Shown here in pieces: positions 18,591 through 28,417 of a DNA stretch of 64,000 nt (within the stretch, counting starts at the first letter, position 1; each line of letters opens with the position of its first letter). The DNA lies in contig CAWHDT010000007.1 in assembly GCA_963828195.1 (NCBI GenBank), positions 96,001 to 160,000 of the forward strand, given 5' to 3'. The DNA comes from Candidatus Bathyarchaeota archaeon. GTDB lineage: Archaea > Thermoproteota > Bathyarchaeia > Bathyarchaeales > Bathycorpusculaceae. Below the pieces are notes generated by a model that searched no databases, was not told the origin of the DNA, and saw nothing but the letters and a program-made list of their open reading frames with translations. A program made the position numbers and the translations under genes.

Positions 18591-19523
18591 CTAATCTGCG
18601 GCGCATGAGATAGCTTCATTTTTGAACTGATATTTTTTGCAAAATTCCCAGAAAGCTTCGGATTCTTTGAGAAGCGGCATTTTTGGTCGTACCATGTATA
18701 GTTTTCTTGGGCTTTTCGCTTCCTTAATTTTAAGTATTTTTACTAAGCCTGCGGCTTGAGCTTTATTTGCGGCGATTGAGGAGATTATGCTTATTCCGCG
18801 TCCTTCTGAGACAGCGGTTATCACTGATTCGGTGCTTCCAAGCTCCAATCCGATCCCTAACTTTTCCAAGGGGAACTTGTTATTTTCAAAAAAGCGTTCA
18901 ATCTCTTTTCTAGTTCCAGAAGTTTCTTCACGGCTGATGAAAGGAAAGCTGATAATTTCAATTAGCTTAACCGATTCTTGCTTGACTAATTCGTGATTGC
19001 AGGGGACAATTAGAACCAGTTCTTCTTCGCCGATTTCGATAGTATCAAATTTTTCTTCATACCTTAATATTGTCCCAACTGCTGCGAAATCCACATCCTT
19101 AGCTTGCAAGCTTTGAAGGCTTGTTATACTGTCTTGCGCTTTTATCTTAAATCGTATGGCAGGATGCTTTTTTTGAAATCCAGCGATTAAACTGGGAATT
19201 ATATGTTCTCCAGGTATGGTGCTCGCGGCAATTTTTATTGTTCCTGACATGTTTTGTTTAGCCGAGGAGATTTTTGCTTTTGCGTCCTGGGCTTCTTGAA
19301 GTATTTTTTCCGCGGCTTCTTTAATGGTTGCTCCTGCTTCGGTGACGTCTACGCCGTTACCTGAACGCTGGAATAATGCTGCATCGAAGTATGCTTCTAA
19401 TGCCGCTATGTGGTGGCTGACTGTGCCTTGGCTTGTTCCAAGTTCTTTAGCTGCTGTTGAGAAACTACGTGTCCGCGTTACTGTGAGGAATGTTTTGAGA
19501 TAGTCGAACCTTATGGTTTCCAT
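18591..19523 (-). CDS. LysR-family regulator (selenium-metabolism-associated type)
   Basis: SFSTAAKELGTSQGTVSHHIAALE HTH; IAASTIPGEHIIP; REETSGTR; ELGSTESVITAV. Divergent from the selD cluster. Confidence 0.88.
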   Translation of the reverse strand: METIRFDYLKTFLTVTRTRSFSTAAKELGTSQGTVSHHIAALEAYFDAALFQRSGNGVDVTEAGATIKEAAEKILQEAQDAKAKISSAKQNMSGTIKIAASTIPGEHIIPSLIAGFQKKHPAIRFKIKAQDSITSLQSLQAKDVDFAAVGTILRYEEKFDTIEIGEEELVLIVPCNHELVKQESVKLIEIISFPFISREETSGTRKEIERFFENNKFPLEKLGIGLELGSTESVITAVSEGRGISIISSIAANKAQAAGLVKILKIKEAKSPRKLYMVRPKMPLLKESEAFWEFCKKYQFKNEAISCAAD

Positions 19524-19648
19524 GTGTGCTACAACCTCATTTGCATTGTTATTCTTCGTTAGAATGTTTATATGTTATTTGTTTTGATAGAAAACGCTTA
19601 TATTAGTTTTTTTAATAACTGCTATTCAGTAAGTTGAGGTTGAATGAC

Positions 19649-19999
19649 ATGGCAACATTCACATTAATAATATATGAAGCTCCATACGCAAAAGAACGAG
19701 CGCTATCAGCTTTAAGGTTCGCATGGACCTGCGACGTGGAAGGTCACAAAGTAAGAATTTGGCTGTTTGAAAACGGCGTATATCTAGCCAAGAAAGGACA
19801 AAAACCTGCTCAGGGCTTAACCAATTACGGCCAAATGCTTGAAGACTTAATGAAAGGCGGCACCGAAGTGAAAGCCTGCGTCGTCTGCGTAGACGCCCGT
19901 GGCTTAACGCAACCTGACTTGATTGATGGGGTAAAAATCGCGACCGTTCATGAACTTGTTGAGTGGACAGTTAACAGTGACAAAGTCATCGTGTTTTAG
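19649..19999 (+). CDS. DsrE/DsrF-family sulfur-relay protein
   Basis: EAPYAKERALSALRFA...LFENGVY...ACVVCVDARG; SD gaggttga 5 nt before ATG 19649. Confidence 0.88.
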   Translation: MATFTLIIYEAPYAKERALSALRFAWTCDVEGHKVRIWLFENGVYLAKKGQKPAQGLTNYGQMLEDLMKGGTEVKACVVCVDARGLTQPDLIDGVKIATVHELVEWTVNSDKVIVF

Positions 20000-20232
20000 T
20001 GACTATTTTGGACATTGAAAGGTTGGATGTTAAAGGGAAAATGTGCCCCATGCCTGTGGCGTTTACTAAGCGGAAGCTTGAAAGCATGGCTTCAGGGCAG
20101 TTGCTTGAGGTCGTAGGTGAAGGGGAATTGGAGTTTGACAATATTCAGCGTTGGGTTAAGAATAATGGGCATGAGGTTGTTGAGGCGGCTAAGTCTAGTG
20201 CGGAGTTCAGGGTGTTGATTAAAAAACACTGA
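19999..20232 (+). CDS. tusA: TusA/SirA/YedF-family sulfur carrier
   Basis: LDVKGKMCPMPV (CPxP motif). Confidence 0.88.
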   Translation: MTILDIERLDVKGKMCPMPVAFTKRKLESMASGQLLEVVGEGELEFDNIQRWVKNNGHEVVEAAKSSAEFRVLIKKH

Positions 20233-20303
20233 TTTCCCATCAATTTTTCTAATATTGCTTATCAATAATTTTAATAATCAGCGACTGCACACCTTCCCAA
20301 GCA

Positions 20304-21599
20304 GTGATCACAATGACTGAAAAATATGTTGAAATGTGGAAAAACCTCGGAATGGACATCGAAAGACACAACCAACTCCTAAACGGTCTAGGCCAATATT
20401 ACACAAACACAGTATTATCCCAAAAAAACAGACCCAAAAAAATGGATTACTTCGACTTCGTTGTCTCTGAAGTTCACGGTTTAAGAATCAAAGAACTCAA
20501 CGACCTAAGAGAACAGGGAAAGAAAGTGGTGGGCGCATTTTGCATTTACGCACCCGAAGAAATAGCTTACGCGGCAGACGCAACAATGGTCGGGCTATGT
20601 GGAGGGGCAGACTTCTCAGTTCCCGACGCCGAAGCCGTTTTACCCCGAAACCTTTGCCCACTCATAAAGTCATTTTACGGCTTCAAACTAAACCGCACCT
20701 GCCCATACTTCCAGTCCAGCGACCTCGTTGTAGGAGAAACAACTTGTGACGGCAAAAAGAAAGTCTATGAACTCTTAAACGAGCTTGTCCCAACCTACGT
20801 ACTTGAAGTTCCGCACAAACCTGACACGGCTCAAGGCAAAGCTTTCTGGTTTAAAGAGTTAGAAGCCTTTATGGTTGAAATGGAGAAGCTTACAGGCAAC
20901 AAGATAACGGCAAAAAAACTAAAAGAAGCCATAGAACTCATAAACGACAAACGCAGAGCCCTCAAACGTTTATCCGATTTACGTGCAAATTCGCCCTCGC
21001 CAATCAGCGGGTTAGACGGCTTGCTTATTGACCAAATAGGCTTTATGGATGACGTTAAACGTTTCACTTCTAAGGTGAATGAGCTCTGTGATGAACTGGA
21101 TCAGCGCGTTTCTAAAGGTGAAGGAGTGGCAGACAAGGACGCACCCCGAATAATGATTTCAGGCTCTCCCATGGCGGTTCCCAACTGGAAAGTGCACAGC
21201 ATTGCTGAGTCTCTTGGCGCAACGGTGGTTGCCGAAGAAAGCTGCGTGGGAACAAGATACTTTACTGATTTGGTGGAGCCCAAGGGCGAAAACTTGAAGG
21301 AGATGCTTTGGGCTATAGACGAAAAATACTCCAAAATCCCCTGCGCCTGCTTCACACCAAACAACCGACGAATAGAAAGCATTACCCAGCTTGCAAAGCA
21401 ATTCAACGTAGAAGGCGTAATCTACTATACACTTCAAAACTGCCATGACTACAATGTTGAAGGTGTCAAAGTAGAGCGAGCACTCAAAGCCCAAGACCTG
21501 CCGATGCTGAAGATCGAAACCGACTACACAATGGGTGACTCTGAACAAATCAAAACCAGAATTCAAGCCTTCATGGAAATCCTGCAGGCAAAAAGGTAA
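20304..21599 (+). CDS. Double-cubane-cluster anaerobic reductase (DCCP; HgdB/2-hydroxyacyl-CoA dehydratase superfamily)
   Basis: FDFVVSEVHGLRIKEL, AFCIYAPEE, GLCGG, LPRNLCPLIKS, CPYF, GETTCDGKKK, EESCVG, PCACFTPN, KTRIQAFME; the Cys pattern matches the Carboxydothermus DCCP as recalled. Confidence 0.88.
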   Translation: MITMTEKYVEMWKNLGMDIERHNQLLNGLGQYYTNTVLSQKNRPKKMDYFDFVVSEVHGLRIKELNDLREQGKKVVGAFCIYAPEEIAYAADATMVGLCGGADFSVPDAEAVLPRNLCPLIKSFYGFKLNRTCPYFQSSDLVVGETTCDGKKKVYELLNELVPTYVLEVPHKPDTAQGKAFWFKELEAFMVEMEKLTGNKITAKKLKEAIELINDKRRALKRLSDLRANSPSPISGLDGLLIDQIGFMDDVKRFTSKVNELCDELDQRVSKGEGVADKDAPRIMISGSPMAVPNWKVHSIAESLGATVVAEESCVGTRYFTDLVEPKGENLKEMLWAIDEKYSKIPCACFTPNNRRIESITQLAKQFNVEGVIYYTLQNCHDYNVEGVKVERALKAQDLPMLKIETDYTMGDSEQIKTRIQAFMEILQAKR

Positions 21600-21707
21600 C
21601 CAAACCTTTTTCCACAATTTTTATCTTTAAATATTTTCAAACCATTGGAAATATGTTAGCATTGTTTCTCGGAACGCCAAAGAAACGTTAGGTTTGGAGG
21701 AAACAAG

Positions 21708-22727
21708 TTGACTTACAGGTTAACTAAAGCAGTTCCAGTTCATGGTTGCAGCTGCAAGCTTCCGCAGTACCAACTGGGCATGTTGTTGGATAAAGCTGGT
21801 TTAACAGCTGATTTCGGCGAAGAGGTCTTGGCTGGTCCTTGGGAAAACGCGAGCGTTGTAAAAATCGCTGATGGAATCGTCGTTTTGAACACGCTTGATT
21901 TTTTTACGCCTATGGTTGATGAACCTGAAATTCAAGGCAGAATTGCGGGAAGCAACGTTACCAGCGACATTTATGCTTTGGCTGTTACCAAGATTGTTAG
22001 CGTTTTATCTATCCTGGCTTTTCCCGAGAACATGCCTGCCGAGTTAGCTGTGGGCATGCTGAAGGGGTTTGGAGATTTTTGCCGAGAAATGGGTGCACCC
22101 GTGGTTGGGGGACACACGATTCGGAATCCTTGGCCAATCATCGGCGGTGCTGCGACTGGTGTGGGTGACCCAGAAAAAATCGTTTATACTCGTGGAGCCA
22201 AAGTTGGTGACCGATTATTTTTGACCAAGCCGCTGGGGATTGCGCCTGCAATGGCTGCGTACAGGCTCAGGAAAGAGGAAGAAGGACAAGAATTGCTAAA
22301 AGAGGTTCCAGAAGAACTGATCGAAGCAGCGGTTGATGAAGCCATTGAGGGAATGATTAGTTCTAATAAGCCTGTTGCTGAAGCGATGCAGAAGGTTCCA
22401 GTTCACGCCGCCACTGATGTGACGGGCTTCGGTCTCAAGGGCCATGCTGGAAACATGGCAGTGCTGGGTAAAGTTGACATCGTTATTAATCAGTTGCCAG
22501 TTATCCGCGGAACCCCATTTTTAGCGGAAATTTTTGGTTACCCGTTGCTGCAGGGCGAGGCGAAAGAAACGGCTGGTGGAATGCTGATTGCCGTGGCTAA
22601 AGAGAACGTCGATGCTTTGCTGGAAGAGTTAGATAAGCGTAAGGTTAGGCATTTTGAAGTCGGCTGCGTCACCGAAGGCTGCGGGAATGTTAACGTAGTC
22701 AAAAACGCGAAAGTCATAGAAGCGTAA
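21708..22727 (+). CDS. selD: Selenophosphate synthetase (Cys form)
   Basis: RLT...HGCSCKL, TLDFFTPMVDEP, SDIYA, GGHT, LTKPLG, ATDVTGFGLKGH, ETAGGMLI. Confidence 0.92.
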   Translation: MTYRLTKAVPVHGCSCKLPQYQLGMLLDKAGLTADFGEEVLAGPWENASVVKIADGIVVLNTLDFFTPMVDEPEIQGRIAGSNVTSDIYALAVTKIVSVLSILAFPENMPAELAVGMLKGFGDFCREMGAPVVGGHTIRNPWPIIGGAATGVGDPEKIVYTRGAKVGDRLFLTKPLGIAPAMAAYRLRKEEEGQELLKEVPEELIEAAVDEAIEGMISSNKPVAEAMQKVPVHAATDVTGFGLKGHAGNMAVLGKVDIVINQLPVIRGTPFLAEIFGYPLLQGEAKETAGGMLIAVAKENVDALLEELDKRKVRHFEVGCVTEGCGNVNVVKNAKVIEA

Positions 22728-22797
22728 CATCGCAATTTGGGCGAAATAGCTAAACTTAATTGTCTAAGGTCTGTAAGTAACAAGTGGTGACTAACCT

Positions 22798-23127
22798 GTG
22801 TGTGCTTTGAGCTATGCGATTAAGCTTTGGATGGTCAACGAAAAGAATGAAGCAGTTTTCGGCGATGGTTTAGCTGAATTGATAGAGGAAATTGATAAAT
22901 ACCATTCGATATTGGCGGCTGCAGAGAACATGCACATGTCTTACCGGTATGCGCTGCATCGGATTACTTTGGCAGAGGAACGGCTTGGTCAACTGCTGGT
23001 TACCCGGGTCCGCGGCGGAGCCAAGGGCGGGGGATCTTCGGAGGTTACTGATTTCGGTCGAAATTTAGTTAAGCGATACCGAAATGCTCAAGCGGAGCTT
23101 GACAAAATACTTAAAAAAATGCCATAA
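22798..23127 (+). CDS. modE: ModE N-terminal wHTH molybdenum-responsive regulator
   Basis: VFGDGLAELIEEID..HSILAAAENMHMSYRYA...RGGAKGGGSSEVT. Confidence 0.85.
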   Translation: MCALSYAIKLWMVNEKNEAVFGDGLAELIEEIDKYHSILAAAENMHMSYRYALHRITLAEERLGQLLVTRVRGGAKGGGSSEVTDFGRNLVKRYRNAQAELDKILKKMP

Positions 23128-23245
23128 ACTGCTATGTAATGTTTTCAAGCGACGGCTGGCTGGCGCATTTTTGCAAATTTTTTCATTATTTTTTGTCCAG
23201 TGCTTTTTGTTTCCAAGAAATGTTTATAACATTCGATATTACTGA

Positions 23246-24124
23246 TTGATAACATCGAGAAGGATGAAAATGAACAAAAAATATCTCGCTACTGCATTAA
23301 TAGTCATAATAATTGTAGCTGGAGCAGTTGGCTATCTAGCATACAACGGAACATTCTCGGCTAAGAAACCCTCTCTGATAGTTTTCGCAGCATCAAGCAT
23401 GACTAACGTCATCGCCAACATGACCCAAGCATTCGAAAACGCAAACAACTGCAAAATAGTGGTTAACTCCGCCTCATCAAGCACCTTAGAAACACAAATC
23501 ACTTCGGGCTCACCATGCGATGTCTTCATGTCAGCTAACAACAAATGGAACGTAGCGCTAGATACTGCTGGACTTCTGTACCAAAACTACTACGATAATT
23601 TCACGACAAACAGCCTTTGCATCATAGTGGCGGCAGGAAACCCGAAAAACATCACCTCAATGGCAAGTTTAGTTAACCCTGGGGTAAGACTAATTGTGGC
23701 AGACGCGTCGGTTCCTGTAGGTGAATACGCAAACGACACCGTTTATAACATCGCGGCAACATGGGGCAACGCTAGCAGCCCACTTTACGTTACCTCAGGC
23801 GCTTACCTAAATTACCCAACAAAGTTTGCGGCAAACGTGGTTTCCTATGAAGACACCGATGAAAACATAGTTGGAGACGTCTCCCTCAACATAGGCCAAG
23901 CTGACGCAGGCATAGTATTTTACTCTGACTGGGCATACGGCAACATGACGGGCGCTCAAGTACAGTTCATTCAAATACCTAACTCTGTAAACACTGTCGG
24001 CAATTACGGCATATGTATTCCCAGCGAAGCAACTCACATAGCTTTAGCGCAAACGTTCGAGAATTACTGGCTTTCATCACAGGGACAAGCACTGCTCACG
24101 CAATTCGGGTTCGGAACCACCTAA
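23246..24124 (+). CDS. modA: Molybdate/tungstate ABC substrate-binding protein
   Basis: VFAASSM, SSSTLETQI, DVFMSAN, VPVGEY, ADAGIVFYSD. Confidence 0.9.
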   Translation: MITSRRMKMNKKYLATALIVIIIVAGAVGYLAYNGTFSAKKPSLIVFAASSMTNVIANMTQAFENANNCKIVVNSASSSTLETQITSGSPCDVFMSANNKWNVALDTAGLLYQNYYDNFTTNSLCIIVAAGNPKNITSMASLVNPGVRLIVADASVPVGEYANDTVYNIAATWGNASSPLYVTSGAYLNYPTKFAANVVSYEDTDENIVGDVSLNIGQADAGIVFYSDWAYGNMTGAQVQFIQIPNSVNTVGNYGICIPSEATHIALAQTFENYWLSSQGQALLTQFGFGTT

Positions 24125-24180
24125 AAGTGCATATAAGGCACTCCTCACCCTTTTTTTAACTAATTAACCAGCGTGAAATA

Positions 24181-24999
24181 TTGAAACGTACCTTCCGTAA
24201 TTCGTTTTCAGATAAGTTTGTACTGGTAATTCTGGGTCTAATAGTATTAACCTATTTTCTTTTTGTTGCTATTCCGATAATTGGGATCTTTTTGAAAATC
24301 GATCCGGGCCAAGTCAACGCCCAACTGCATAACTCTGCGATAATAGACGCCATACAACTTAGCTTATTTACATCAGGTTCGGCGACCTTGATTGCTTTTG
24401 TCTTAGCCGTGCCAACAGGTTATTTCATGGCGACAAGGAATTTCCCTGGGAAAGCAGCCCTTGATACATTGATGGATTTACCCATCTTGCTGCCGCCTGC
24501 AGTTGCAGGCATAGTGCTGCTGTATGCTTTCGCGCCAAAAGGGATCTTGGGACCCGTATTCAACCGACTGGGATTAATTATTCCGGGAACCACAATAGCG
24601 GTTATTATTGCTGAAACTTTTGTGGCGTCTCCGTTTCTTTTAAGAGCTTCCAAAACTGGGTTTGAAAACATGGATAAAGATATCATTAATAGTGCAAAAA
24701 TGTTAAGCGGCTCCCGTCTTAGGGTATTCTTTACAATCACTTTTCCATTATCAATTCGAGCAATAATTTCTGGGACGATTGAGACGTGGGCAAGAGCTAT
24801 GGGTGAGTTTGGTGCAACGTTAATGTTTGCTGGAAACCTGCCCGGTATAACGCAGACGATGCCTCTTGCAATATATGTGCTGCTGTATTCTGATCCGTTA
24901 GGAGGCGTCATGTTAGCCATTATCTTAATCATCATCGCATTTTCAATACTTATAGCCGTCCGGCTGCTAACACAAAAAAGGTTCGGGCTCAAAAAATGA
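24181..24999 (+). CDS. modB: Molybdate ABC permease
   Basis: DLPILLPPAVAG, WARAMGEFGATLMFAGN.PG.TQTMPLAIY. Confidence 0.92.
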   Translation: MKRTFRNSFSDKFVLVILGLIVLTYFLFVAIPIIGIFLKIDPGQVNAQLHNSAIIDAIQLSLFTSGSATLIAFVLAVPTGYFMATRNFPGKAALDTLMDLPILLPPAVAGIVLLYAFAPKGILGPVFNRLGLIIPGTTIAVIIAETFVASPFLLRASKTGFENMDKDIINSAKMLSGSRLRVFFTITFPLSIRAIISGTIETWARAMGEFGATLMFAGNLPGITQTMPLAIYVLLYSDPLGGVMLAIILIIIAFSILIAVRLLTQKRFGLKK

Positions 25000-26102
25000 T
25001 TGAAATTGATTCAATCACTAAGTCATTCGCAGAAAAAAAAGTTATAGAAAACTTAAATCTCAAGGTAAAAAACGAAGAAATACTGTCTTTACTTGGGCCC
25101 AATGGGTGCGGAAAAACAACTCTCCTAAACATTCTTTCAGGATTAACAAAACAAGATGAAGGCAACATTTACATTAATGATATCTTAGCAAGTGGAAAAA
25201 CAGGCACAAAAAAAGTTCACCTTAAACCATCAGACAGAAAAGTTGGATATGTCTTCCAAACCACATCGTTGTTTCCACACATGCGAGTTCAAGACAACGT
25301 GGCATACGGGTTGAAAGCAATGCATTTATCCGAGCAAGAAGTTAAAAAAAGAAGCCAAAGCCTGCTCGAGTTTGTAGGCCTTAGTGAATGCGCAAAGTTT
25401 TATCCGCATCAACTAAGCGGCGGGCAAAAGCAGCGCATTGCATTGGCAAGGTCATTAGCTACTGAACCGCAAGTGTTGCTTTTAGATGAGCCGGTTTCTG
25501 CTGTTGATCCTCAATTGAGGGAATCTTTCAGGCTGGAACTCAAAAACTACCTGCAAGCGCTCAAAATCACAGCAATTTACGTGACTCATAATTTGTCTGA
25601 AGCATTCATAATGTCAGACAGGATAGCGGTGATGGGTAACGGGCGCATAGAACAAATAGGTAACCGTACAGAAATTTTTGATAAGCCCAGTTCATCATAC
25701 GTCGCCAATTTTCTAGGAATTAACACGTTCAAAGGCAAAGCTGTTAAAACCCGCGCAAATCTCTTAGAAATTGATGTAAATGGTATGCTACTGTTGGCAC
25801 CTCAAGCGCCTGAACTGGTGGGAAAAGATGTAATTGCGACAATTAAGCCTGAAGATATTACGCTTTCAAAACCAGGTGATACCAATTTTAATGATGCATC
25901 AAGCAATTCAGTTGAAGGCGTGATAACTGAGATGGTTCAAATGAGATCAAACGCCCAAGTCACCATAGATGCAGGCTTCCTTTTAAAAACAAGAGTTTCT
26001 TTAAGCTCAATTAAGAGTTTAGGGCTCAACTTAGGAGACAAAGTCCACGTGCGTTTCAAAGCTGACGCCTTAAATGTTTTTGCGGATAGCGACAACAGAT
26101 AA
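24996..26102 (+). CDS. modC: Molybdate ABC ATPase with TOBE domain
   Basis: GPNGCGKTT, LSGGQKQR, LLLDEP; C-terminal TOBE. Confidence 0.9.
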   Translation: MIEIDSITKSFAEKKVIENLNLKVKNEEILSLLGPNGCGKTTLLNILSGLTKQDEGNIYINDILASGKTGTKKVHLKPSDRKVGYVFQTTSLFPHMRVQDNVAYGLKAMHLSEQEVKKRSQSLLEFVGLSECAKFYPHQLSGGQKQRIALARSLATEPQVLLLDEPVSAVDPQLRESFRLELKNYLQALKITAIYVTHNLSEAFIMSDRIAVMGNGRIEQIGNRTEIFDKPSSSYVANFLGINTFKGKAVKTRANLLEIDVNGMLLLAPQAPELVGKDVIATIKPEDITLSKPGDTNFNDASSNSVEGVITEMVQMRSNAQVTIDAGFLLKTRVSLSSIKSLGLNLGDKVHVRFKADALNVFADSDNR

Positions 26103-26633
26103 TTACTCAATATCAAAGGTTAAGCTTTTTTTCTCAACTAAATCAGCGAGCTCCATCGCCTGCGTTAAGCTTTTAACCATCGGAACTTTAAACCCTACAG
26201 CTTTCCCAATTTCCTCTTCAGACTCCATTATTAACCCTGAAATCGCCACAGTTAAGCCGCCCAAGTATTCTTTTGCTTCCGCGGCGGTTTTCGCAGCGAT
26301 AATTTTAGGCAGTTTTTTCTCCGATTCAAAACCCTCCAAAATAATGTAATCAACGTCTTTGAAGAAGGGTAAAACCTCTTTTACGCTGAGCCTTTTTTTT
26401 ACGAAAATTACGGTTTCGCGTCTTGGAATAGCCGCTATTATTTCTGCTCCGGCAGTTGTGTACCTGTCGGTTTCAGTGGCTGGTGTATCTAAAGTTGGGA
26501 TGCGAACCATCTCTTTGATTGCTCCAACATGGTATCCGCGGCGTTTAAGCTCAGCAGTTAAGTGCTCAATCACCGTGGTTTTTCCCGAATGCTTTCCTCC
26601 GACGACAGCAACAAGTTTTGGCATAGCCTGCAC
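26103..26633 (-). CDS. mobB: Molybdopterin-guanine dinucleotide biosynthesis protein B (copy 1)
   Basis: VVGGKHSGKTTVIE, DTPATETDR, IILEGF. Confidence 0.82.
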   Translation of the reverse strand: MQAMPKLVAVVGGKHSGKTTVIEHLTAELKRRGYHVGAIKEMVRIPTLDTPATETDRYTTAGAEIIAAIPRRETVIFVKKRLSVKEVLPFFKDVDYIILEGFESEKKLPKIIAAKTAAEAKEYLGGLTVAISGLIMESEEEIGKAVGFKVPMVKSLTQAMELADLVEKKSLTFDIE

Positions 26634-26732
26634 CGCTTAAGCTGTAGAGGGTAGAATGAGCATATATTGTTTAATGCGTAAAACACAAAAAAGTAAGGCG
26701 CAATTTTTAAAGCTAAGCAAATTGACTGTCAA

Positions 26733-27314
26733 ATGGAGCGTGAATCCGGTACGGTTTTAGTTATTGCCGCGGTCGGCGTAAGCGGTTCAGGAAAAACAGT
26801 GACCTTAGAGTATTTAATTTCTAGTCTTTCAGCGGAAGGCTACAGTGTGGGTTCAATAAAGCATGTTCACCACAAGGGTTTCACCATGGATAAAGTTGGC
26901 ACTAACACCTGGAGATACGCTCAGGCAGGCTCCAAAGTGATCGTGGCGATTTCACCTGAAGAAATAGACATCATCAAGAAAACTCAGATGGCGCTCAACG
27001 ATTTGGACCAAATAATCGCCCTGCTGGAACAGGAGAAACTTGACGTCGTTTTCATCGAAGGCTTCCACAGTTTAATCGCTAAAAGGCAAGACGTACCCAA
27101 AATTATCACTGCCAAAGACCAAACTGGGCTTGAGCAAACTTTGGAAGGGACGGTTCAGCCGATTTTGGCGATCGCGGGCATCGTAGCCGAAAACGCTGGC
27201 AGCCCAACCTTCAAGGACATCCCAGTGATTAAAGTTCCCCAAGACGGACAAAAACTCATTGAACTAGTCAAAAAACAATTAGAAAAGGCAAACGCATCAA
27301 AAACTGGTAACTGA
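26733..27314 (+). CDS. mobB: Molybdopterin-guanine dinucleotide biosynthesis protein B (copy 2)
   Basis: VGVSGSGKTV, IKHVHH, DKVGTNTWRY, FIEGF. Confidence 0.85.
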   Translation: MERESGTVLVIAAVGVSGSGKTVTLEYLISSLSAEGYSVGSIKHVHHKGFTMDKVGTNTWRYAQAGSKVIVAISPEEIDIIKKTQMALNDLDQIIALLEQEKLDVVFIEGFHSLIAKRQDVPKIITAKDQTGLEQTLEGTVQPILAIAGIVAENAGSPTFKDIPVIKVPQDGQKLIELVKKQLEKANASKTGN

Positions 27315-27324
27315 GGAAAACGCC

Positions 27325-28410
27325 ATGACTAAACGGGCTGCACTTATTTTGGCAGGGGGAAAAGCCCGCAGATTCCAGTCAAAAAATGGGACGTGGGAAG
27401 ACAAAGCCCTCGCTGAACTTTCAGGAAAACCACTTTTAATTCACGCCATCGAAAACGTTCAAAGCGTCGTTGACGAAATTGCAATATGTGTAAACGACCA
27501 AGAGCGCAAGTTTCAATATTCCCAAATCCTAAAAAAACATGCTATATCAAACGTTCAAATCGTGATCGATGAAAAAAATCGCATCAGCGGTCCCACAGTG
27601 GCAATTATGTCGGGGTTAAAGTCTGTTCACGCAGATTATTGCCTTACTTTTCCCTGCGACATGCCCTTTCTGCAATCATCTGTTGCGGATTACTTGCTTA
27701 GTGAGGCGGAGGGTTTCGAGATCGTTACTCCAATGTGGCCTAACGGCAGGCTTGAAACTCTTTTGATGGTGCTTAAGAGGCATAGCGGCTTAGAAATAAC
27801 CAGCACATTGTGCAAGTTGAATCGCCCGCGCTCAGACGATATACAAAGGGGTGCCTCCAAAATACTGTTTGCGTCTCCAGTTAACCATATTAAAACACTT
27901 GACCCAGAACTCAAAAGCTTCATCAACATCAACCTTAAAGAAGACCTCAGCAGGCTGCAGACCCGCCATAGTCACGGCGCCGTCACAGAAAACCTCCAGG
28001 TAAACTTGGGTGTTTCATCAAGTTCCGATTTGCAGCTTCTTCGGAAGGGCGCGGAAATGTTGAATGAAGGCAAATTTTCGGAGGCGCAGACCATTTTTGG
28101 TTCATGTACCAGCAACTTTGAGGTTTCTAACAGCTTTTTCTGGGCAGCAGTAAGCGGGGAAAACCAAGGTGAAGCACTTCTAAAGTTGTCTTTGCAGCAA
28201 ATTGAACCAGATGCAGCTACGAAATCAGATTTTGAAGGCAAAGAAGCTTTTCAGAGGGCTGCAAACAATTATCGAGTAGAGGCTGAATTACACGAAAAAA
28301 ACCGTTGCTGGCTGCTGGCTGAACGCGCATTAGGTGATAAAGCATGGTGCGAGTCATGGGTTATGGGAAAACACAGTCACGTTCACAGGTACCCATCTAA
28401 AGCTTTGTGA
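27325..28410 (+). CDS. mobA: Molybdenum cofactor guanylyltransferase with C-terminal helical extension
   Basis: LILAGGKARRF...DKAL, PCDMPF, SFININ..EDL, followed by ~150 extra aa. Confidence 0.87.
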   Translation: MTKRAALILAGGKARRFQSKNGTWEDKALAELSGKPLLIHAIENVQSVVDEIAICVNDQERKFQYSQILKKHAISNVQIVIDEKNRISGPTVAIMSGLKSVHADYCLTFPCDMPFLQSSVADYLLSEAEGFEIVTPMWPNGRLETLLMVLKRHSGLEITSTLCKLNRPRSDDIQRGASKILFASPVNHIKTLDPELKSFININLKEDLSRLQTRHSHGAVTENLQVNLGVSSSSDLQLLRKGAEMLNEGKFSEAQTIFGSCTSNFEVSNSFFWAAVSGENQGEALLKLSLQQIEPDAATKSDFEGKEAFQRAANNYRVEAELHEKNRCWLLAERALGDKAWCESWVMGKHSHVHRYPSKAL

Positions 28411-28417
28411 GCCTGTT

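Noticed and set aside
23128-23240. ModE operator upstream of modA
   Set aside because: Only a weak resemblance to the consensus; the aatgtt-tat-aacatt palindrome overlaps the TATA box and cannot be assigned.
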